55,835 bases of DNA. Source: Promethearchaeia archaeon (GTDB lineage: Archaea > Asgardarchaeota > Lokiarchaeia > Sigyniarchaeales > SOKP01). Under the pieces are notes generated by a model, which searched no databases, was not told the origin of the DNA, and saw nothing but the letters and a program-made list of their open reading frames with translations. A program made the position numbers and the translations under genes. The DNA is taken from positions 1 through 55,835 of the forward strand of contig JAWOCD010000034.1 in the NCBI GenBank assembly GCA_046483985.1, read 5' to 3'. Of this stretch, positions 50,526 through 55,835 are shown one piece after another; positions within the stretch are counted from its first letter, which is position 1; each line of letters begins with the position of its first letter.

Positions 50526-50948
50526 TCAATATTTGATGACGGTCTTACAATACGGGCATGTAACGATATCTTCGTTTATTTCACTTCCACAAAAGGGACA
50601 ATATATCTCTTCTTCCTCATCCTCTTCCCCATCTTCTTTCCCTTTCTTTTCCTCCTTATCTTCTATTTCTTTTTCTTCTAGCAAGTAATCTTCCTTTGGA
50701 TGCCCAATTTGGGTTTTTTCTTTCCATTCAACTTCCATCTCGCATTTAGGACAATGCTTCCTTTTTTTGATGAATTTAAGGTAGATAATTAAGGGAATCA
50801 GCGCAAATCCTAATGTTGAGATGATAATAATCGTCCAGATCGTTTTTCCCAAGGGATTCATTTTTTTCTTTACAGGTACCACTTCTCTTTCGCAGAAGGG
50901 GCAATAGGCATACTTTTCTGTTTTATTTCCCATGATTTGATGATTCAA
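50526..50948 (-). CDS. LITAF-like / zinc-ribbon membrane protein
   Basis: CPFC-hydrophobic hairpin-CPKC; acidic linker; C-terminal CPFCG...CPYC. Confidence 0.75.
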   Translation of the reverse strand: MNHQIMGNKTEKYAYCPFCEREVVPVKKKMNPLGKTIWTIIIISTLGFALIPLIIYLKFIKKRKHCPKCEMEVEWKEKTQIGHPKEDYLLEEKEIEDKEEKKGKEDGEEDEEEEIYCPFCGSEINEDIVTCPYCKTVIKY

Positions 50949-51285
50949 TATTTAATTTTTCAGTTAACTTGTGAATAATACAGAATTTCTAACTAATAAA
51001 TGTTTTATATATGGCAAGGTTATTCATTTGTTACTTTTTACCACCTTTAATTTTGAACTCCCATTCAGTTAAAGACTTATCTCTTCACGGTCAATTAGTT
51101 AATATCCGAGGTAAGCTAAGAGAATTAGTCCAAAAACGATAATGGAAAAATAACCGATGGATATTCTCAAGGTAAAAGTTAAGATGGTATCATAAGCAGT
51201 AAAATAACAAGTATTATCTATATTACGACGTGTGGATTGAAAAATGGTAATATTAAATTGGTGGTTATGTCTTAAAGCTTTTTAA

Positions 51286-51459
51286 CAATCTGCGAAACAA
51301 GTCTTCTGCTGACCTATCGCATCAACCCTCTTTGAAGGAGGAATCCTTTCTAAAGCAATGGAACGGATTTTCTACGACACACAGCCCTAAGATATGCCCA
51401 CCAGCTAACGCTTAGTGGACTCGTAGGAATCCCCGTCCTTTAGGGCGAGGAGACTTCAA
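51286..51459 (+). mobile_element. 174-bp non-autonomous IS200/IS605 element
   Basis: After TTAA: CAATCTGCGAAA start; ends GGAATCCCCGTCC-TTTA-GGGCGAGGAGACTTCAA. Confidence 0.8.
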
Positions 51460-51529
51460 CTTATTAAGGAGCGAATGAATCATAATGATAAGAAGGAATT
51501 TTGTGAAACTTAATTAAATTTTTGAAATT

Positions 51530-52852
51530 TTGATAAATGTGAAAAATAAAACTTTTTATCTGGAGACCTATGGGTGCAGCTCGAATAAAGCCGATTCTTT
51601 GATAATCGAACATATACTACGATCAGAGGGTTACGAAAAAGTTTCAATCGAGAATGCGAAGTGGATTATCATCAATACATGTGCGGTCAAACAGCAGACT
51701 GAAAACAGAATGAAACATCGGTTCAAGGAACTGGATGAGCTGTACGGAAAGGATCCGCAAAACCATGTAATTGTTGCTGGGTGCTTCCCCTATATCTCCG
51801 AGGAATACATAGAAGTGGTAAGAGAATATCTTCCCTCCTTTTCAGCCATCATCGGACTTGATAACATTCTGCGAATTCCACGAATCCTCGAGAAGGTCCG
51901 AAAGGAGGGGACAAATTTGGTTATCCCCTCAGAAGGGAAAATTGATAAAGCGCAAGTCCTAATCAATTATCCGTCTGGCAATATCACGGGGATTGTTCCC
52001 ATCTCCGAAGGCTGCATCGGAAAATGTACCTATTGTTGCGTGAAAAATGCCAGAGGGCACCTATTTTGCTATGAACCGGACAAAATTGTAAAGAATGTAG
52101 AAAATCAGTTATCACAAGGCATTAAACAAGTTTATTTCACCTCCCAAGACTGCAGCATCTACGAATACAGGGGTACCACCTTGGAGAATTTAATCACAAG
52201 GATCTCGGAGTTAGATGGGCAATTCTTCTTACGGCTTGGCATGATTAATCCCCGTTTCCTAATAAAGAATCTAGATCAATTACTCTCTATTTATCAATTG
52301 GACAATATTTATCAATTTCTTCATATTCCTATTCAATCGGCGAGCGATAGAATCCTAAAAAGAATGAAGCGACCCTATTTAAAATCCGAAATCATTGAAA
52401 AGATCGCTATCTTGCGGGAACGTTTACCTGATTTAACCATCTCTACAGATATTATATGTGGGTTTCCGGGTGAAACAGAATATGATTTTTATAAAACAAT
52501 TAATTTTATCAAATGGTTAAAGCCCGAGATTTTAAATATCTCAAAGTATACGGTAAGACCTGGAACTAAAGCCAAACAAATGGAACAAGTTGATAGTAAA
52601 GTCATTAAAGAACGTTCTCAACGCCTTTCATATGTGTTTCGGATGTTGTTAAGGGACATAAATCAGAAGTGGTTAGGATGGGAGGGGAAAGTATTACTCT
52701 TACATCACACAAAAAAGACTGGACAAGTATTTGGGCGAAACTACGCCTATAAGAACATATTCTTATATGATTATACGGGGGAAGTAGGACGCTTTGTAAA
52801 AGCCAAAGTAACCAATATTGATGGATTTAATTTGTATGCGGATTTGCTTTAG
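51530..52852 (+). CDS. tRNA t6A37 methylthiotransferase (archaeal e-MtaB/CDKAL1-like)
   Basis: ETYGC, INTCAVK, VAGC, GCIGKCTYC radical SAM motif, TDIICGFPGET, TRAM domain. Confidence 0.9.
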   Translation: MINVKNKTFYLETYGCSSNKADSLIIEHILRSEGYEKVSIENAKWIIINTCAVKQQTENRMKHRFKELDELYGKDPQNHVIVAGCFPYISEEYIEVVREYLPSFSAIIGLDNILRIPRILEKVRKEGTNLVIPSEGKIDKAQVLINYPSGNITGIVPISEGCIGKCTYCCVKNARGHLFCYEPDKIVKNVENQLSQGIKQVYFTSQDCSIYEYRGTTLENLITRISELDGQFFLRLGMINPRFLIKNLDQLLSIYQLDNIYQFLHIPIQSASDRILKRMKRPYLKSEIIEKIAILRERLPDLTISTDIICGFPGETEYDFYKTINFIKWLKPEILNISKYTVRPGTKAKQMEQVDSKVIKERSQRLSYVFRMLLRDINQKWLGWEGKVLLLHHTKKTGQVFGRNYAYKNIFLYDYTGEVGRFVKAKVTNIDGFNLYADLL

Positions 52853-52904
52853 AAGAGATATAAGCAAGTTTTTCTAATATTCAAAATCAAATAGGGTTTC
52901 CCAT

Positions 52905-52926
52905 TAAAAAAAAGAAAAAGAAAAAA
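52905..52926 (-). terminator. Oligo-U terminator of the vhu/hdr operon
   Basis: UUUUUUCUUUUUCUUUUUUU right after the SECIS-like structure. Confidence 0.6.
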
Positions 52927-52928
52927 CT

Positions 52929-53003
52929 CGTCGGTTATGACCCGTGCATGGGCAGTCGTGTTCAATCTCGTTTTTTTATTGAACACTTCATCCTAAACCA
53001 ACG
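52929..53003 (-). promoter_or_regulatory. SECIS-like element
   Basis: AUGA-A-GUGUUCAAU-AAAAAAACGAG-AUUGAACAC-GA; basal helix CGUUGGUU/AACCGACG. Confidence 0.7.
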
Positions 53004-53143
53004 TTTAGCTCTCGAGAGTAGATCTCCTCGCCCTCCTCATCAACAAATGTGATGTGGGCTGCGCATGACAATCAGCAATCGTAACAGCGGACTATCATTT
53101 CTAAGAGATTAACTACTCCTTCAGGAACTTCATCTTCTGCCAT
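52988..53143 (-). CDS. vhuU: Selenoprotein VhuU, MAEDEVPEGVVNLLEMIVRCYDCULSCAAHITFVDEEGEEIYSRELNVGLG
   Basis: GGAG SD; in-frame TGA (53072-53074) at the first Cys position of the NiFe L2 motif; supplies the C-terminus missing from vhuA. Confidence 0.92.
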
Positions 53144-53244
53144 GTGTTTTTACTCCAAATTTTGTTTTTATTTTTTGTATTTTTTCTACTTTAGTTGATA
53201 TTTTTTCTTAGATTAATTAGAGAAAAGTTTGAAAATCATTATTT

Positions 53245-54144
53245 TTATTCGAGTCCTAATTTTTCTAGTAGTGATCGGGTCCGAGCGCGATGATATCTTA
53301 AACCAATCTCATCTGATTTTATTCCGAATGATAACGCTAATAATTCGGTGAGATATAAAATCGGAATATCATATTCCTTATCTTCATCTTCAAACATTCT
53401 TCTCAAGTTTCTCTGCTTAGTATCCATTTGTTGGAAGCAAGCAGGACAAATAACGATGAATGCTTCAGCTCCAGCCTCTATAGCACTGTCAAGTTTATTT
53501 TTTAACACTTGCAGTGATGCCTCTTCTTCTGCATTTCCAACGGTCGTACCGCAACACAACATTTCCTCTTCATAGTCTACAGGTTGGGCTCCAGTCACTT
53601 CAGTTACTGCACGTAATTTCTTTGGTTCCATAGGATCATCTGTTTTCAGTATTTCAGAAGGTCGGCTATAATGACATCCGGTATGACATGCAACTTTAAA
53701 TCCGGACAAGTCCTCTTCGACGAACTCTGCGATCTTATCAGGCCCATAATCATATAAAACTTCTAAAAAGTGTTTCACATTAATTTTACCTTGAAATTCT
53801 CTATCCACTGAATCGAGGATTTTATTGACTTTGTCTTTTTCGTGGTCACTATGGGTTAATTCATGGTTCACGACCTTTAAGGTTTGAAAACATCCATTAC
53901 ATAAGGATATAATATCTTTTTCTTCATCCTCTGCAAGCGTAAGATTCCGTGCTCCCATTGCTAACCAACTGGTATGATCAACTTGTTTGAATCCAACTGG
54001 ATCAGGACAACATGAAAAAGGCGCTTCAGATGTTTTTATACCAAGGATATCAAAGACTTTCCTTGCAGATGCTTCAATAAAAGGAATTCTGTTACCAATC
54101 GTACAACCTTCAAACATTTTATACTCTTGTTGAGTTTTAGCCAT
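53245..54144 (-). CDS. hdrB: Heterodisulfide reductase subunit B
   Basis: FEGC, SCCP, CNGC, HTGCH..RP, CCG, CPAC. Confidence 0.93.
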   Translation of the reverse strand: MAKTQQEYKMFEGCTIGNRIPFIEASARKVFDILGIKTSEAPFSCCPDPVGFKQVDHTSWLAMGARNLTLAEDEEKDIISLCNGCFQTLKVVNHELTHSDHEKDKVNKILDSVDREFQGKINVKHFLEVLYDYGPDKIAEFVEEDLSGFKVACHTGCHYSRPSEILKTDDPMEPKKLRAVTEVTGAQPVDYEEEMLCCGTTVGNAEEEASLQVLKNKLDSAIEAGAEAFIVICPACFQQMDTKQRNLRRMFEDEDKEYDIPILYLTELLALSFGIKSDEIGLRYHRARTRSLLEKLGLE

Positions 54145-54159
54145 ATAAATTTCACCTTT

Positions 54160-54660
54160 TTACTCTTTTTCGATTATATTATTTATTTTAGTTTCTTTTA
54201 ATATTTTTTGAACTTCTTCTGTACTTGGAGACTCACGTTCAGGAAGACCCAATTTACCTCTCCTTCGCTCTATGGCCGATTGGAGAGGTATTGCATTACC
54301 CGTGTCAAGAATCGTAGATGCCTGTCGCATATAGTGATCTGGGGCTTCGCCTCTTTTAACACTCATATTTTTTAATTTAGTAAAAATCTCTGTAAGCTCG
54401 ATATCTTGAGGGCACTCCTCATCGCAAGTGTCACATAACGTGCACCCCCAAATGTTAAAGTTATTTTCTTGGTCAAAAATTGCCCCTTTATATCCCAGAA
54501 ATGAATTTAATATAAGGGGTCGGGGATTGTATCTATCGTTTGTTACTTTCGCAACTGGACACACATCGGTACAGCGTGCACATTGATAGCAATACTTTAG
54601 GGTATCATGAATATGAGCGTCCATAACTATTTTCCTTATTTCATAGTCTATTGTTACCAT
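54160..54660 (-). CDS. hdrC: Heterodisulfide reductase subunit C
   Basis: CYQCARCTDVCP and CTLCDTCDEECP; adjacent to hdrB. Confidence 0.92.
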   Translation of the reverse strand: MVTIDYEIRKIVMDAHIHDTLKYCYQCARCTDVCPVAKVTNDRYNPRPLILNSFLGYKGAIFDQENNFNIWGCTLCDTCDEECPQDIELTEIFTKLKNMSVKRGEAPDHYMRQASTILDTGNAIPLQSAIERRRGKLGLPERESPSTEEVQKILKETKINNIIEKE

Positions 54661-54716
54661 ATTTTATCACGTGATTATTAATTTTTAATTTTATTTATTT
54701 GAATAAAAATGAATAT

Positions 54717-55835
54717 TTATTTAATCCAAGGATCTGGCAAGTCTAATCCGTCCAATGCCTTATCTTCGAACACTTGTTTTGCCGTATGCATTAAGGATTT
54801 CTCAATGCCGGCAATATTATGGTTCGTGGCAACTAACAGATTGAGTTTCTTGCACATTCCTTCGGCGTCAGACCAGATATTATACAACAATAAACCGCGC
54901 GGAGCTTCGGTCACACCGACTCCCGCTCCTTCTCTCGGTTCAACATCTAAGGTCTTACAGTCCGGATTGACAATGTCTGGATCTTCGAGGTATTGCTTAA
55001 TCAGTTCCATTGCTTCCACCAGTTCAATGATTCGAGACCAGTGATACGCGAATGTATGATGGGAAATTTCACCGACTTTCTCCTTCATCTCTTTTAGGGC
55101 TTGATCGGCTAACGGTGTAGCCATCTTATCCGCGGCATTGGTCATTGCCAAGGTATTGGCCCGATAGATTCCTTCGGGATATCCGGCAGGCTTATAGTAC
55201 ATGTGTGTTGCGTAGGAATGTTCGGGGATATGCTCTCCCAATACATCCAGATAATCATGCACATCATAATCCTTCTTCTCGCCATCGGGGGTAACAATAC
55301 GAAGATCCCCTTCATAGATGTCGTGTACACCATCATTGGTCATTCCAAGATAGTATGTGGGCACCACACCTACATTAGCGATGACATCCCAGTAATCGTC
55401 TACGACCTTTAGGGCAATATCGACCGTCTTCTTTGTATATTCGATCTGTTCCTCAACCATCCCCAAGAATTTATCCCGGGCGTCCTCGTCCATCGGCTTT
55501 TTCATCCCGCCTACGATCGCAGAAATCGGATGGATCGATTTTCCGCCGATCTCCGCACATAATTTCTGTCCGAAATCCATCATTTTCAATGCCATCTTGC
55601 CCACATCGGGCATTTGGTTGATGACATGAACTACGTTTCGTTTGGCGGGGTCAGCGAACGGTCCGAGCAGAAAGTCCGGTGCTGCTAAGGCATAAAAATG
55701 TAATGCATGCGAAGAATATTGCTTTGCATTGATTAACAACTTCCGCAACTTTAATGCCGGATCGGGAATCTCCACACCCCATGCATCCTCTACCGCCTTA
55801 GTCGGGGTAAGATGATGCGGGATCGGACAAATTCC
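54717..55835 (-). CDS. vhuA: [NiFe(Se)] hydrogenase large subunit, group 3c; 5' end outside the window
   Basis: GICPIPHH (L1) at the window edge; SSHALHFY, GGKSIHP, EAPRGLL, VATNHN; ends without the L2 motif. Confidence 0.9.
   Translation of the reverse strand, partial: GICPIPHHLTPTKAVEDAWGVEIPDPALKLRKLLINAKQYSSHALHFYALAAPDFLLGPFADPAKRNVVHVINQMPDVGKMALKMMDFGQKLCAEIGGKSIHPISAIVGGMKKPMDEDARDKFLGMVEEQIEYTKKTVDIALKVVDDYWDVIANVGVVPTYYLGMTNDGVHDIYEGDLRIVTPDGEKKDYDVHDYLDVLGEHIPEHSYATHMYYKPAGYPEGIYRANTLAMTNAADKMATPLADQALKEMKEKVGEISHHTFAYHWSRIIELVEAMELIKQYLEDPDIVNPDCKTLDVEPREGAGVGVTEAPRGLLLYNIWSDAEGMCKKLNLLVATNHNIAGIEKSLMHTAKQVFEDKALDGLDLPDPWIK

Noticed and set aside
52976-52990. Second Sec by read-through of the terminal vhuU TGA
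   Set aside because: It would add only SVQ before TAA, in the tail expected to be cleaved off
1-55835. tRNA or rRNA genes
   Set aside because: No cloverleaf or rRNA-like segment recognised by eye; tRNAscan-SE would be needed to exclude them formally

Overview
AT-rich archaeal chromosomal window, most likely from an Asgard (Lokiarchaeia-like) genome. This is inferred from two stand-alone longin-like proteins, a split VhuA/VhuU hydrogenase and a eukaryote-type SECIS candidate. It holds about 45 mostly metabolic and transport genes: AbfD, a P2A ATPase, LeuA, an SCP2-GlcD-GlcF-LarA cluster, an MNT-HEPN toxin-antitoxin pair, two glutamate dehydrogenases, a class II RNR, a tRNA methylthiotransferase, and vhuA-hdrC-hdrB-vhuU. 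There is also one intact DDE transposase and many IS200/IS605 relics. Two signals are missing from the ORF track. (1) A 31-codon leucine-rich leader peptide (15 Leu; 15841-15936, minus strand) lies directly upstream of leuA. Its Leu codons can base-pair with the leuA Shine-Dalgarno region across a 56-nt hairpin, suggesting a ribosome-stalling leucine attenuator in an archaeon. (2) A 51-aa selenoprotein VhuU (52988-53143, minus strand) has an unusual RCYDCULSCAAH motif, and its SECIS-like AUGA core overlaps its own UGA stop codon. All product calls come from motif recognition by eye, and all RNA pairings were worked out by hand; no searches or folding programs were run.
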